The translations under genes were made by a program, and so were the position numbers. Below are positions 21,738 to 32,619 of a stretch of DNA of 64,000 nt, one piece after another. The DNA is from an uncultured Oscillospiraceae bacterium. GTDB lineage: Bacteria > Bacillota > Clostridia > Oscillospirales > Oscillospiraceae. The number at the start of each line of letters is the position of its first letter. The stretch's first letter is position 1. The stretch is taken from contig CALXDO010000027.1 in the NCBI GenBank assembly GCA_944387075.1, positions 15,064 to 79,063 of the forward strand, written 5' to 3'. The notes beneath the pieces were generated by a model. That model saw only the letters and a list, made by a program, of their open reading frames with translations. It searched no databases and was not told where the DNA came from.

Positions 21738-21965
21738 TTAGTTTTTGTCCGTTGCCCGGGGATATGGCCTGGGATCGTCGGTGAGGCCTGCCAGATAGTC
21801 CATGCTGGTCTCCAGCACCACCGCCAGCCGTTTGCACTGCTCAAAGGATATACTACGTTTCCCCGTTTCAATCTTGGAGTAGTCGCTTTGGTCAATCCCC
21901 GTGAGCATTTGCATTTTGATCTGAGAATATCCCTTGGCTTTTCGCAATTCCTGTAACCGCTTCAT
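21738..21965 (-). CDS. XRE family helix-turn-helix protein
   Basis: RLQELRKAKGYSQ...SKIETGKR...TSMDYLAGLTD. Confidence 0.88.
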   Translation of the reverse strand: MKRLQELRKAKGYSQIKMQMLTGIDQSDYSKIETGKRSISFEQCKRLAVVLETSMDYLAGLTDDPRPYPRATDKN

Positions 21966-22046
21966 CGTATCACCCACGTGTATTATGGCAAATTGACCTA
22001 TTGAAATTAGGGTGTATTTGACCTAGAATATGAGTGAGGTGATACT

Positions 22047-22310
22047 ATGGATGAGTCCAATAAGCAATTTCGTCACGTCTTATACCGGAACGCTATTGGT
22101 CAAGCGGTGGTTGAATACATGCAGGCATTGACCCCAAATGCACTTGCTGCACATGAGGAATCGGAATCTACACGAATTCTGAGTCAAATCGTAGAAATCA
22201 TCAATGATGATTCTCTATCTGACCCTGAATGTTTCCATTATATTGCTGAAATTGTACAACTTCTCATTGCCAACGGTATTCCAGTCACTCGCCATGAAGA
22301 TTGTGATTGA
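22047..22310 (+). CDS. Hypothetical protein (AT-rich)
   Basis: GAGGTG RBS, 87 aa ORF divergent from the XRE gene. Confidence 0.65.
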   Translation: MDESNKQFRHVLYRNAIGQAVVEYMQALTPNALAAHEESESTRILSQIVEIINDDSLSDPECFHYIAEIVQLLIANGIPVTRHEDCD

Positions 22311-22340
22311 GCCACTGAAATTGATAAAGGAGTTTTCCCT

Positions 22341-24002
22341 ATGCGCTCTGATGTTGTGAAAAAAGGCATCCCCGCCGCCCCCAACCGCTCCCTGCTCTAC
22401 GCCCTGGGCTACACCAAGGAGGAGCTGGAGCGGCCTCTCATTGGCGTGGTATGCTCCTACAATGAAATTGTCCCCGGCCATATGAACTTGGACAAAATTT
22501 CCGAAGCCGTCAAGGCCGGTGTCCGTGCCGCTGGCGGCACCCCCGTGGAAGTGCCCGCCATTGCCGTGTGCGACGGCATCGCCATGGGCCATGTGGGCAT
22601 GAAGTACTCCCTGGTCACCCGGGATCTCATCGCCGACTCCACCGAGGCCCTGGCCATGGCCCATCAGTTCGATGGCCTGGTGATGATCCCCAACTGTGAC
22701 AAAAATGTGCCCGGCTTGTTGATGGCCGCCGCCCGAGTCAACATCCCCACCATCTTCTGCTCCGGTGGCCCCATGCTGGCGGGCAAGCTGCCTGACGGCC
22801 GCCGCACCTGCCTGTCCCACATGTTTGAGGCGGTGGGCGCGTACTACGCCGACAAGCTGGACGAGGCGGGGGTGGAGGAGTACGAAAACGCCGCCTGCCC
22901 CACCTGCGGCTCCTGCTCGGGCATGTACACCGCCAACTCCATGAACTGTCTGACCGAGGCCATCGGTATGGGCCTGAAGGGCAACGGCACCATCCCCGCT
23001 GTGTGGTCTGCCCGTCTGCGCCTGGCCAAGCACGCCGGTATGCAGATCATGGAGCTGGTGGAAAAGGACATCAAGCCCCGGGACATCATGACTCCCGCAG
23101 CCTTCCACAACGCCGAGACCGTGGACATGGCCCTAGGCTGCTCCACCAACACCATGCTCCACCTGCCCGCCATTGCCCACGAGTGCGGCATTGAGCTGGA
23201 TCTGGACCAGTCCAACGACATCTCTGCCAACACCCCCAACCTGTGCCACCTGGCTCCCGCGGGAGACAGCTACATGGAGGACCTGGAGCAGGCCGGCGGC
23301 GTGCACGCCGTCATGGCAGAGTTGAACAAGAAGGGCCTGCTCCGCACCGACGTGATGACCGTCACCGGCAAAACCCTGGGCGAAAATCTGGAGGGCGTGG
23401 TGAACCGGGACCCCGAGACTATCCGCCCCATTGACCGCCCCTACTCCCCTGACGGCGGCATTGCCGTTTTGAAGGGCAATCTGGCCCCCGAGGGCTGCGT
23501 GGTCAAGCGTTCCGCCGTGGCTCCCGAGATGATGACCCACCAAGGCCCTGCCCGGGTCTTTGACTGCGAGGACGATGCCATTGAGGCCATTTACGCCGGG
23601 AAGATTGTCCCCGGTGACGTGGTGGTCATTCGCTACGAAGGTCCCAAGGGCGGCCCCGGTATGCGGGAGATGCTCAACCCCACCTCTGCCATTGTGGGCA
23701 TGGGTCTGGGCTCCTCGGTGGCCCTCATCACCGACGGCCGTTTCTCCGGCGCCACCCGAGGCGCGGCCATCGGCCATGTGTGCCCCGAAGCCGCCCAGGG
23801 CGGCCCCATCGCTCTGGTGGAGGACGGAGACCAGATCACCGTGGACATCACAAACTGCGCCATCACCCTCCATGTGGACCAGGAGACTTTGGAAGCCCGC
23901 CGCAAGGCCTGGGTGTGCCCGCCCCCCAAGGTGACCACCGGTTATCTGGCGCGCTACGCCAAACTGGTGACCTCGGCCAGCCGGGGCGCTGTCCTGGAGT
24001 AA
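22341..24002 (+). CDS. ilvD: Dihydroxy-acid dehydratase
   Basis: [45 protein letters not shown]. Confidence 0.97.
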   Translation: MRSDVVKKGIPAAPNRSLLYALGYTKEELERPLIGVVCSYNEIVPGHMNLDKISEAVKAGVRAAGGTPVEVPAIAVCDGIAMGHVGMKYSLVTRDLIADSTEALAMAHQFDGLVMIPNCDKNVPGLLMAAARVNIPTIFCSGGPMLAGKLPDGRRTCLSHMFEAVGAYYADKLDEAGVEEYENAACPTCGSCSGMYTANSMNCLTEAIGMGLKGNGTIPAVWSARLRLAKHAGMQIMELVEKDIKPRDIMTPAAFHNAETVDMALGCSTNTMLHLPAIAHECGIELDLDQSNDISANTPNLCHLAPAGDSYMEDLEQAGGVHAVMAELNKKGLLRTDVMTVTGKTLGENLEGVVNRDPETIRPIDRPYSPDGGIAVLKGNLAPEGCVVKRSAVAPEMMTHQGPARVFDCEDDAIEAIYAGKIVPGDVVVIRYEGPKGGPGMREMLNPTSAIVGMGLGSSVALITDGRFSGATRGAAIGHVCPEAAQGGPIALVEDGDQITVDITNCAITLHVDQETLEARRKAWVCPPPKVTTGYLARYAKLVTSASRGAVLE

Positions 24003-24020
24003 TTCCCGAAAACGCAAGCG

Positions 24021-24084
24021 TTTCCGGGATGGGTTGCAGCCCACTGCGTCGCACCAGCAAGCTGGCACGCTTGTGGGCTGAGAA
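24021..24084. repeat. Structured intergenic repeat element, partial copy 4
   Basis: tgcagcccactgcgtcgcaccagcaagctggcacgcttgtgggctgagaa matches 14476-14525. Confidence 0.7.
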
Positions 24085-24123
24085 CAAAAAAGTCCGTTGC
24101 AGGAAATTCTGCAACGGACTTTT

Positions 24124-24501
24124 TTATGCCACATTTCGTACCACACCCCATAGGAGCAGCACCACGGCCATGCCGCTCCACACCAGGGTTTCCCAGCGTT
24201 GGGCAGGTTCATGCCCCTTCTGCACATACACCACCGCCCGGTAGAGCAGCAGCACTCCCATGGGCAGCAGCAGCACCAGCAGAACCCCGTTGGCCCGCCA
24301 GGCGGCGGCAACATCCAGCCGCAGCAGTGCCAGGCACATCCGGGTCACCCCGCATCCGGGGCAGAGCAGCCCCGTTACGGCGTGGAAGGGACAGGGGATA
24401 GACCAATGGGTCAGGTTTACCCACAGGGCATATCCTACCCCCACCGCCGCCACCAGAAACAGCTTGGTAAGCAAGCGGTGCAATCGCTGTTGGGGGGTCA
24501 T
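24124..24501 (-). CDS. DUF2752-like membrane protein
   Basis: CPFHAVTGLLCPGCGVTR motif. Confidence 0.85.
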   Translation of the reverse strand: MTPQQRLHRLLTKLFLVAAVGVGYALWVNLTHWSIPCPFHAVTGLLCPGCGVTRMCLALLRLDVAAAWRANGVLLVLLLPMGVLLLYRAVVYVQKGHEPAQRWETLVWSGMAVVLLLWGVVRNVA

Positions 24502-24502
24502 A

Positions 24503-24850
24503 TCAGATGTTGGGGGAATAGTTGTTCAGCTCGTTCTGCATCAAGGCCATCGTAATCACACCCAGGCCAAAGAGGTTGAGCACCAGGAAAATGATGGGGA
24601 AGGAACCCCGTCCCACGCCATTTTCCTCCCGAGCGCCGTCCAGCTTATCGCCCATGGTCCAGGCCCAGTACAAACCGTAGATGCCGCAGGTGATCAGGGA
24701 GAACACCAGAGACAGACCGCCGGAAGTTCCGGGGCGGTTTGTCACGCGGTTGACGTCGTCGGTGGCCACTACCATCCAGTACATGCCATAGATGCCGCAG
24801 GTGACAATGGACAGAACAATGCAAAGGGGAATGCTTCTTTGATGGTTCAT
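24503..24850 (-). CDS. DUF4234-like membrane protein
   Basis: Duplicated LSIVTCGIY..YW motif. Confidence 0.85.
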   Translation of the reverse strand: MNHQRSIPLCIVLSIVTCGIYGMYWMVVATDDVNRVTNRPGTSGGLSLVFSLITCGIYGLYWAWTMGDKLDGAREENGVGRGSFPIIFLVLNLFGLGVITMALMQNELNNYSPNI

Positions 24851-24952
24851 AAAACCTCTCCTTTCTCTTGGCCACAGAATACCACATTTTTCTTGGTTTG
24901 TCTATAAAAACTGCCCATCAGATTTAACCTGATGGGCAGCACGTCTGACGGT

Positions 24953-25201
24953 TTAGTTTTGTTTCAGCGCTTGGGCCAGCTGATCGGGGCAAGAGGTGGG
25001 CTTGGCCCCACAGTGAATGCCCTCCATGCGGGAAATGGCCTCCTCCCGGGTCATGCCAACCAGCAGGGACGAAATACCCTGGAGGTTGCCGTTGCAGCCG
25101 CCTACCACGCGCACGGCCTGAATAACACCGTTGTCCAAATCAATTTCCATCTCTCGGGCGCACACGCCTCGAGGGGTATAGCGAATGGTTTCCATTGTCA
25201 T
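24953..25201 (-). CDS. TSCPD domain protein (TIGR03905-like)
   Basis: GVC, GGCNGNLQGI, TSCPDQLA. Confidence 0.88.
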   Translation of the reverse strand: MTMETIRYTPRGVCAREMEIDLDNGVIQAVRVVGGCNGNLQGISSLLVGMTREEAISRMEGIHCGAKPTSCPDQLAQALKQN

Positions 25202-25233
25202 ATTCTCCTTTCTCCTGCATAGGCTTGTCTGGG

Positions 25234-26034
25234 TCACAGCACAATGAGCCCGTAGCGATTGCTGAGCACCTTCAGCTCCTGGGCATCCAAATCCCCGGTG
25301 CCATCGTAAAAGGCACGCCCCTGGTAGTACCGCAGGGCCTGCTCCAGCAGTTCCGGAACATCGGACCACAGGCACAACGCCTTGTTCACCGCATACTGGT
25401 GCTGGGCAAAAATATCCACGTCGTCCTGTTCCAGAATGGAGATCTTCACTGCACCTACCGGATCGTCTTCGGCCTGGATGATGTCCTCCAGCAGCTTGGG
25501 GGTGCACTCCAGCTCCTCCCCCACGTCTACGGTGCGGGTGACAAAGCAGGGTGAGGTTCCCGTGGCGCAGGGAATCACATCCGGGTCCTTCTCCCGCACC
25601 ACATAGGGGTAGGTGACCACATCGCCGTCCGATACATAAAACAGGGGCACACTGGCGTACTCCTTCACCTGATTCAGCAGTTCCAAAGCCAGATCTTTGG
25701 GGCAGTTGAGGCCAAAGGCGGCAGCCCCCATGCCCTCTGCCACAAACAGGGCGGCCAGCATATGCACCCGGGTGATGGATTCCCCGTCCTCGTTACAGGC
25801 CCAAGACACCCACACCGGCCCGTAGCCCAACTCTCGGGCGGCCAACAGCGCGGCCCGGCACTCTGCCATGCCGATCATACAGTTGATATGGACAGCCCCC
25901 TGCCCCGGCCCCAGCTTGCTGCGGTACATCTCCACCAGCTGGTCAAATTCCGCCTCACCGGCAGGGGCAATATCCAGCCCCATGGGGCCAAGTCGCCGCT
26001 GAAATATGGGAACCGCTGCATCCATGAATTCCAT
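25234..26034 (-). CDS. Homocysteine S-methyltransferase-like protein (shortened)
   Basis: ECRAALLAA, AAAFGLNC; start at MEFMD after AAGGAG. Confidence 0.5.
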   Translation of the reverse strand: MEFMDAAVPIFQRRLGPMGLDIAPAGEAEFDQLVEMYRSKLGPGQGAVHINCMIGMAECRAALLAARELGYGPVWVSWACNEDGESITRVHMLAALFVAEGMGAAAFGLNCPKDLALELLNQVKEYASVPLFYVSDGDVVTYPYVVREKDPDVIPCATGTSPCFVTRTVDVGEELECTPKLLEDIIQAEDDPVGAVKISILEQDDVDIFAQHQYAVNKALCLWSDVPELLEQALRYYQGRAFYDGTGDLDAQELKVLSNRYGLIVL

Positions 26035-26100
26035 GTCGTACTCCTTCACATGTGTTACACAAAATGGTTGTTTGCCCGGTCTTTCTAAAAGTGTAGTATA

Positions 26101-26949
26101 TCAAATTCTGTCGTCCATGGCAAGCCCATCCCCCAACAAAAGGGGGAGCAGGGGTTCAAACAAAACTCCTTCCCGCACGGGGGTACCCAGGGCGGCGGTA
26201 TAGCTGGCACAGCGGCTGATGAAATGGGCCGCCCGGCCCACCGCCCGCTCCAGTCCCTCCCCCATCATCAGGCCGCCGGTGAGCACGGCGGAAAACAAAT
26301 CCCCGGTGCCCGGGTAGTCCCCCGGGGCCCGCACCGCCACGGTGGTGCCCACTTGCCCCGTGGTGTGGTCAAACCACACCGCTCCGGTGTACCCCTCCTC
26401 TGGAGTGACACCGGTGACCACCACCGACCGCTCTCCCTGCTGGGACAACTCTAAAGCCACGTCGGTCCCCCGCTGATCCAGCAGGGCATCCGGGGACTGT
26501 CCCAGCAAAATGGCCGCCTCGGTGAGGTTGGGTGTGATGACGTGGGCATGGGTGCACAACTCCCCCATCGCCGCTGCCATCTCCCGGGTCATGGAGGAAT
26601 AGAGCTTGCCATGATCCCCCAGCACGGGGTCCACCACGATCTGAGCCTGGGGAGCGGCCAGCCGCTCCACCACCTCCACCGCTTGTTGGATTTGCTGGGT
26701 ACTGGCCATGTACCCGGTGTAGATGCCGTCAAAGGTCAGCCCCAGCCCAGCCCAGTGCTCCACCGTCCCTGCAACTTGGTGGGTCAGGTCGGTGCGCGCC
26801 GCCGGCCCAAACCCACCTGTGTGGGTGGACAGCACCGTCCCTGGCAGGGGGCAGCACTGCACCCCCATCACCGACAACACCGGCACAATCACCGCCAGTG
26901 AACACCGCCCGTAACAGGACAGGTCGTGGATGGCCGCCACCTTTCGCAT
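26101..26949 (-). CDS. pdxK: Pyridoxal/pyridoxamine kinase
   Basis: IHDLSCYGRCSL, LSTHTGG, VDPVLGDHG, ITPNLTEA, PGTGDLF. Confidence 0.9.
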   Translation of the reverse strand: MRKVAAIHDLSCYGRCSLAVIVPVLSVMGVQCCPLPGTVLSTHTGGFGPAARTDLTHQVAGTVEHWAGLGLTFDGIYTGYMASTQQIQQAVEVVERLAAPQAQIVVDPVLGDHGKLYSSMTREMAAAMGELCTHAHVITPNLTEAAILLGQSPDALLDQRGTDVALELSQQGERSVVVTGVTPEEGYTGAVWFDHTTGQVGTTVAVRAPGDYPGTGDLFSAVLTGGLMMGEGLERAVGRAAHFISRCASYTAALGTPVREGVLFEPLLPLLLGDGLAMDDRI

Positions 26950-27085
26950 GTTATCGCCCCCTGGTCATTGGTTTCCTTCCATTATACCGTCCCATATCCC
27001 CAGTGACAACGTGATTTCTTTACAAACATTCCCGTTCTTGCTATACTGTTGGAAGCAAAAATTACAGAACCAAAGGAGGATTTTC

Positions 27086-28144
27086 ATGAAACGTCTTACC
27101 AGTCTGGTGGCAGCCGGAGCGATGCTCTTCACACTGTGTGCCTGCTCCGCTCACTCCAATCCCTCTTCCTCCCCTACCCCGGAGTCCACTGCCACGGCGG
27201 AATCCACACCCGCTCCGTCTTTGTATACCAATCCTCTCACCGGTGAGCCCACAGACAGCGACCTGAGCGGACAAAAGCCCGTCACTGTGGTTCTCAATAA
27301 CATCCGGGCCGCCATGCCTCAACAGGGCAACTCCACCGCTGACATCATCTACGAGGCCGTGGCGGAAGGGGGCATCACCCGGATGCTGGCGGTGTATCAG
27401 GACCCCGCAGACCTCACCACCATCGGCTCGGTGCGCTCCGCTCGGGACTGCTTCTTAGACCTGGCCCTGGGCCATGACGGCGTGTTTGTCCACGCCGGTG
27501 GCAGCCACTATGTCTACGACACACTGGCCCAGCTGGGCGTGGACGACGTGGACGGCGTCAAGGGCACCAACGCCTCGGGCATCTTTTACCGGGACCCCGA
27601 CCGCACCCCCGGCGTCACCTACGCCTTGGAACACACCATGATGGCAGATGGGGAAACCCTGGTGAAAAACCTGACCGCCAACGGCATCCTGGGCCCCCAC
27701 AGCCAGGGCTACCAGTACGAGATGAATTTCACCGCCGACGGCACCCCCGCGGATGGCGAGAACGCCAACACCGTCACCGTGTCCTTCTCCAGCTACAAGA
27801 CCACCACCTTCCGTTATGACAGTGCCAAAAAGGTCTACCTGGTGGAGCAGTACGACGAGCCCTTCATTGACGGCAACGACAACACCCAGATTTCCACCAC
27901 CAATCTGCTGGTGCTGAAAACTGACTACTCTTTTATGGACGACGGCTATTACAGCGATGTCAAACTCACCTCCGGCTCCGGCTATTTCGCCTGCGGCGGC
28001 AAGATGATCCCCATTACCTGGGAGAAGGGGAATCACTACGACCAACTGCGCTATTACACCGCCGATGGAAAACCTCTCACCTTGGGTGTGGGCAAGAGTT
28101 TTGTCTGCATCATTCCCACCAGTCAGTCTGTCGTGGCAGAATGA
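27086..28144 (+). CDS. DUF3048 (YerB-like) lipoprotein
   Basis: Lipobox LCAC, NPLTG, YEAVAEGGITR, GSVRSAR, HAGGS. Confidence 0.85.
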   Translation: MKRLTSLVAAGAMLFTLCACSAHSNPSSSPTPESTATAESTPAPSLYTNPLTGEPTDSDLSGQKPVTVVLNNIRAAMPQQGNSTADIIYEAVAEGGITRMLAVYQDPADLTTIGSVRSARDCFLDLALGHDGVFVHAGGSHYVYDTLAQLGVDDVDGVKGTNASGIFYRDPDRTPGVTYALEHTMMADGETLVKNLTANGILGPHSQGYQYEMNFTADGTPADGENANTVTVSFSSYKTTTFRYDSAKKVYLVEQYDEPFIDGNDNTQISTTNLLVLKTDYSFMDDGYYSDVKLTSGSGYFACGGKMIPITWEKGNHYDQLRYYTADGKPLTLGVGKSFVCIIPTSQSVVAE

Positions 28145-28190
28145 AAAAAAGATTGGGAAGACCGAATGGACTCGGTTTTCCCAATCTTTT

Positions 28191-30452
28191 TTATACTGGT
28201 AGCTCTTCCGGTTCCTCCGCCGGAGCCAGAGGAAGGGTCACCATGGCCTTGAACAAATCCCCGTCAATCTCCACGGCAAAGGTTCCGTGCTGCAGTTCTG
28301 TCATGGACTGGGCAATGGACAGCCCCAAACCGCTGCCTTCAGTGGAACGGGACTCATCGCCCCGGACAAACCGCTCCATAAGCCGCTCCACCGGCACATT
28401 CAGTGCCTCCCGAGAGATGTTTTTCAAGGATAGTGTGGCATTTTTATCATCATAGTGCAGTTCCAGGTACACCCGAGAGCCTTCCAGTGCGTATTTGGCG
28501 CAGTTGCCCAGCAGGTTATCCAGCACCCGCCACAACCTGCGTCCATCCGCCCACACCCACACCGGGTGATCGGGCAGGGTGCGCACCACCGACAGTCCGG
28601 CGGCCTGAAGCCGCTCCTCGTACTCGCCCAGGGCCTGGTCTGCCATCTCTGCCATGTCCAGCCGCCCCAGCTCCACCGACAGCACGCCGGTGGATGCCTT
28701 GGAGGCCTCCACCAGATCCTCAGTGAGCTTTTTCAGACGATTGCTCTTGCGCTCCAGAATGTTCAGATACTCTTCCACCCGCTCGTTGGGCATGGGTTCT
28801 TTCTTGAGCAGGTCCACATAGTTGATGATGGAGGTCAGGGGTGTTTTCAGATCGTGGGAGACGTTGGTGATCAGCTCTGCTTTGAAGTGCTCACTGCGCA
28901 TCTGCTCAGCCACCGCCTGGGAGATGGACTGGCCCAGATTGTTCAGCTGCTGGGCATGCTCCTGGAGGTCGTAGGGCATTTTACGGCAGGGAATCTGTAC
29001 ATCCAGATTTCCTTTCAACAGCTCTCCGGTGGAGCGGCGAATCTGCTTCCAGCCGTGGGCCCAGCTGCACAGGTACACCACGATTGCCACGCTCAGCACC
29101 AGCCAAATCAGAACTGCATCACTCAGCAGCAGTCCCATAGATACCAGCATATAGATACAACCTCCCATTGCAACCCGCCACACCAGGGGGACAACCTTTC
29201 GCATCCGATCCAGCATACGCAATCCCCAGATGCCCACCCGCCAGATCAGGGTGTTTTTCAGCAGAGTATGACTTTTCGTCCGGGCACTGATCGTCATCAG
29301 CAACACAATGCCCAGAATCGACAACGCCGCCACGCTTCCGCCCACCATGGCCAGTTGGAATCCAATGGGCATCCCGGTGTAGGGAATATACGTCAGCATC
29401 CCTTCCGCCAGCCAGTTGACGGGATAGCACCCCAACAGGAATATCCCCACCAAAACTAACTCCCCCGGAATCCGGTGGAACCAGTTGAGTCGAATTTCTT
29501 CTGTCTTTCTGCCGTATCCGGCAGACAGGCAGAGAAACACCAACAAGGCAACCCCCACCGCCACACACACCAGGGTCACGGTCAGCAATGCTACATTGTG
29601 TTCTTTCCACCAGTTCAAGCTGGCATACGCCTTTTGGTATTTATCCCCAGTGACATTCAAAGGGTCATTCACCCATAAAACCAGATCCAGGGCCACAGAC
29701 CCCTCGGTCCAGCCATCCTCCAGGTTTTGCGTCCAGTCTCTCGCATCCAAATCATATTGGAACCCAAAGGCATTGGGCCGGAGAACATTTTCCACCGAGG
29801 GTGCATAGAGAAATACTCCAAAGTTGGTGGCAATGCGGAGAAAGTCTCCGGTCCCGTCCGCTTCCAGATACACCGCATAGCGATCTATGTCTCCACTGGG
29901 GTCTTCCCAGTATCGTTGCACGGCTTCGGCCAGCTGGACCTGCCACTGATCCGACTTCACCACTTTCCCGCTTTTGGGTGGGTTGCGGATGGTGCCCACC
30001 ACGTCTTTCCACTTGGTGCCCAGCTCATTGCGCACATCCATGGTCAGGTTGGAGACATAATACTCCCCCCAGTACAGTCCCTGGGGCTGCGCGGGCCGCT
30101 CCCCCTGCCAGTTTCCATAGAGCACATTCCCCTCCGGGTCTAGCAACTGCCAGCACAGATTGGTGTTTTCCTTGGCGTATTGCTCCCCCAAGTCTGCCAT
30201 GGTTTGCTGGTCATAGCTGGTGAGGGACCCGCTTTCCTGATCCAAATACCGCAAATCCAGCAGATAGCTGATGTTTTGCACGTCCTGCCCCTGGAAATAT
30301 CGGATGGTGTACCCCCCGGCGGCAGAGGACTGGCCCCAAATGACATCCAAGTTGACCAGCTGGTAACAGCCCAGCATGGCGGCGACGGAAAAACTGATCA
30401 CCGCCAACACAAACGCCAATCCTTTCAACAGGGGATTTCGTCTTACACTCAT
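28191..30452 (-). CDS. Sensor histidine kinase
   Basis: ITNVSHDLKTPLT H-box, NLLGNCAKY, GSGLGLSIA; TM segments. Confidence 0.95.
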   Translation of the reverse strand: MSVRRNPLLKGLAFVLAVISFSVAAMLGCYQLVNLDVIWGQSSAAGGYTIRYFQGQDVQNISYLLDLRYLDQESGSLTSYDQQTMADLGEQYAKENTNLCWQLLDPEGNVLYGNWQGERPAQPQGLYWGEYYVSNLTMDVRNELGTKWKDVVGTIRNPPKSGKVVKSDQWQVQLAEAVQRYWEDPSGDIDRYAVYLEADGTGDFLRIATNFGVFLYAPSVENVLRPNAFGFQYDLDARDWTQNLEDGWTEGSVALDLVLWVNDPLNVTGDKYQKAYASLNWWKEHNVALLTVTLVCVAVGVALLVFLCLSAGYGRKTEEIRLNWFHRIPGELVLVGIFLLGCYPVNWLAEGMLTYIPYTGMPIGFQLAMVGGSVAALSILGIVLLMTISARTKSHTLLKNTLIWRVGIWGLRMLDRMRKVVPLVWRVAMGGCIYMLVSMGLLLSDAVLIWLVLSVAIVVYLCSWAHGWKQIRRSTGELLKGNLDVQIPCRKMPYDLQEHAQQLNNLGQSISQAVAEQMRSEHFKAELITNVSHDLKTPLTSIINYVDLLKKEPMPNERVEEYLNILERKSNRLKKLTEDLVEASKASTGVLSVELGRLDMAEMADQALGEYEERLQAAGLSVVRTLPDHPVWVWADGRRLWRVLDNLLGNCAKYALEGSRVYLELHYDDKNATLSLKNISREALNVPVERLMERFVRGDESRSTEGSGLGLSIAQSMTELQHGTFAVEIDGDLFKAMVTLPLAPAEEPEELPV

Positions 30453-31147
30453 TCCATCTTCTCCATCTTATACCCCAGTCCCCATACCACTTTGAGATAG
30501 CAGGGATTGGCGGGGTCAATTTCAATCTTCTCTCGCAAGTGTCGGATATGTACCGCCACAGTGCCCTCTGAGCCCAGCACCGGATCATTCCACACCAGCT
30601 GATAAATCTGGGCTGTGGAATACACCCGCCCCGGGTTCTTCATCAACAGATGGAGGATATTAAATTCAATGGGGGTAAGGTTGATGATCTCCCCATCCAT
30701 GCGCACGGTCTTGGCCGCGTCATCCAGCACCAGAGCCCCATTGCGCAGCACGCCCTGTTCTTCTCTGCTGCTTTTCCCTCCCAGGGTGGTGTAGCGGCGC
30801 AGCTGGCTCTTCACCCGGGCCAGTACCTCGATGGGATTGAAAGGCTTGGTGATATAGTCATCCGCCCCGATGTTCAGGCCCAGCACCTTGTCGCTGTCCT
30901 CTCCCTTGGCGGTGAGCAGAATGATGGGAATATTCCCCTGCTCCCGTATCTGAGCGGTGGCGCGGATGCCATCCATTTTTGGCATCATCACGTCCATGAG
31001 CACCAGGTCAATGCCACCCTCTTCCAACGCCTCCAACGCCTCTTGGCCGTTGTAGGCCTCCACCGTCTGGTATCCTTCACTGGTAAGATAAATTTTCAAA
31101 GCCGAAACAATATCACGGTCATCATCACAGATCAGAATTTTGTACAC
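30449..31147 (-). CDS. OmpR family response regulator
   Basis: ICDDD, MDVMMP, GADDYITKPF, VWGLGY. Confidence 0.96.
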   Translation of the reverse strand: MYKILICDDDRDIVSALKIYLTSEGYQTVEAYNGQEALEALEEGGIDLVLMDVMMPKMDGIRATAQIREQGNIPIILLTAKGEDSDKVLGLNIGADDYITKPFNPIEVLARVKSQLRRYTTLGGKSSREEQGVLRNGALVLDDAAKTVRMDGEIINLTPIEFNILHLLMKNPGRVYSTAQIYQLVWNDPVLGSEGTVAVHIRHLREKIEIDPANPCYLKVVWGLGYKMEKME

Positions 31148-31373
31148 GTGCGTATCCTCCCAACCATCAGTCTTACCTATATACTACCAACCTCATCCTT
31201 AAGTTGCAACCATTGAGAGCCTTAAGATATGATTAACACTTGCTGGAAATCATTCTTTCCCATGCACATCTCCCACCTTCGTTGACTTTTCCTCCTGAAT
31301 TGTATATACTGTACCCATCTCTTGCGACAGAATTCGCTGGATTCTCATAAGTCCGGCATGGAGGTATGAATTT

Positions 31374-32231
31374 ATGAAGGGTATCATTTTGGCTGCAGGA
31401 CGGGGCACCCGTCTCTATCCCATGACCCGTCCCGTTTGCAAACCGCTGCTGCCTGTCTACGATAAGCCGCTGATCTACTATCCCCTGTCGGTGCTCATGC
31501 AGGCCGGCATTCGTGAGGTGTTGGTCATCGTCCCCCCTGGAGAAGTGGACACTTTTTCCGCTTTGCTGGGCGATGGATCTCAGCTGGGCATGTCCATCCA
31601 GTACACCGTGCAGCCCGTGGCCCGGGGCATTGCGGATGCTCTGCTCATTGGTCGGGAATTTGTGAATGGGGACGACGTATGTCTGGTGCTGGGTGACAAC
31701 ATTTTCTGGTCCCCCAACTTCCAGCAGCTGCTGAAACAGGCCGCTGCCAACAACCAGGGTGCCACGGTCTTTGGCTGCTATGTGGATGACCCCCGCCCCT
31801 TCGGTGTGGTGGAATTTGACCAAAACGGCAAAGCCATCTCCATTGAGGAGAAGCCCCAGAACCCCAAATCCAACTACATTGTCCCCGGGCTGTACTTCTA
31901 CGACGGACAGGCCATGGACATTGCCGCCAACCTCACTCCCTCTGCCCGGGGCGAGCTGGAGATTACCGACGTGAATCTGGAGTATCTCCGCCGGGGTCAG
32001 CTCCAGGTGATTCCTATGGAGGAGAATTATGTCTGGCTGGATGCCGGAAACGCCAACAGCATGCTCCAGGCCGCCCAGACCATCCACGACTTGCAGGTCA
32101 ACCGGCAGGAATATGTGGGCGTCATTGAGGAAATCGCCCACCGTGAGGGCTGGATCTCCACCCAGCAGCTGCACCAGCTGGGTGAGGAGCTGTCCATGAC
32201 CGAGTACGGTCAGCACCTGTTGTCTCTCTAA
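31374..32231 (+). CDS. rfbA: Glucose-1-phosphate thymidylyltransferase
   Basis: KGIILAAGRGTRLYP, KPLLPVYDKP, EEKP, SARGELEITD. Confidence 0.9.
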   Translation: MKGIILAAGRGTRLYPMTRPVCKPLLPVYDKPLIYYPLSVLMQAGIREVLVIVPPGEVDTFSALLGDGSQLGMSIQYTVQPVARGIADALLIGREFVNGDDVCLVLGDNIFWSPNFQQLLKQAAANNQGATVFGCYVDDPRPFGVVEFDQNGKAISIEEKPQNPKSNYIVPGLYFYDGQAMDIAANLTPSARGELEITDVNLEYLRRGQLQVIPMEENYVWLDAGNANSMLQAAQTIHDLQVNRQEYVGVIEEIAHREGWISTQQLHQLGEELSMTEYGQHLLSL

Positions 32232-32619
32232 GCAAATCAACCTAAAAAATCTCCCTTTGGCCCAGGCCAAAGGGAGATTTTTTGTGCAAGGCATTTTCTG
32301 CCCGCCCAGTGTGTTTCCCAACTTCCAGAAATATTCCCGTTTTGAGCCCCACATTTTATTCAAAAACTGTGAGATTCGTAGGATCGGTTCCATCACCGTT
32401 GACAAGCAAGCGCACGGCCGTTATTCTGAAGAAGTACAGATGCTTTGCCGCTGCTTTCCCGCCGACCCACAGGTCTATGTCCTGGGGGCTGTGGCTCCCG
32501 GATTCCCTGCCCCTGGCATTCTGCGCGAAAAAACGGTGCATCCTTTGCCCTGACACCCTGGTCATAAGCCCATTTCCCAGGGCTTATGACCTTTTCTCTG
32601 TTTGAAGGAGGTCATACCA

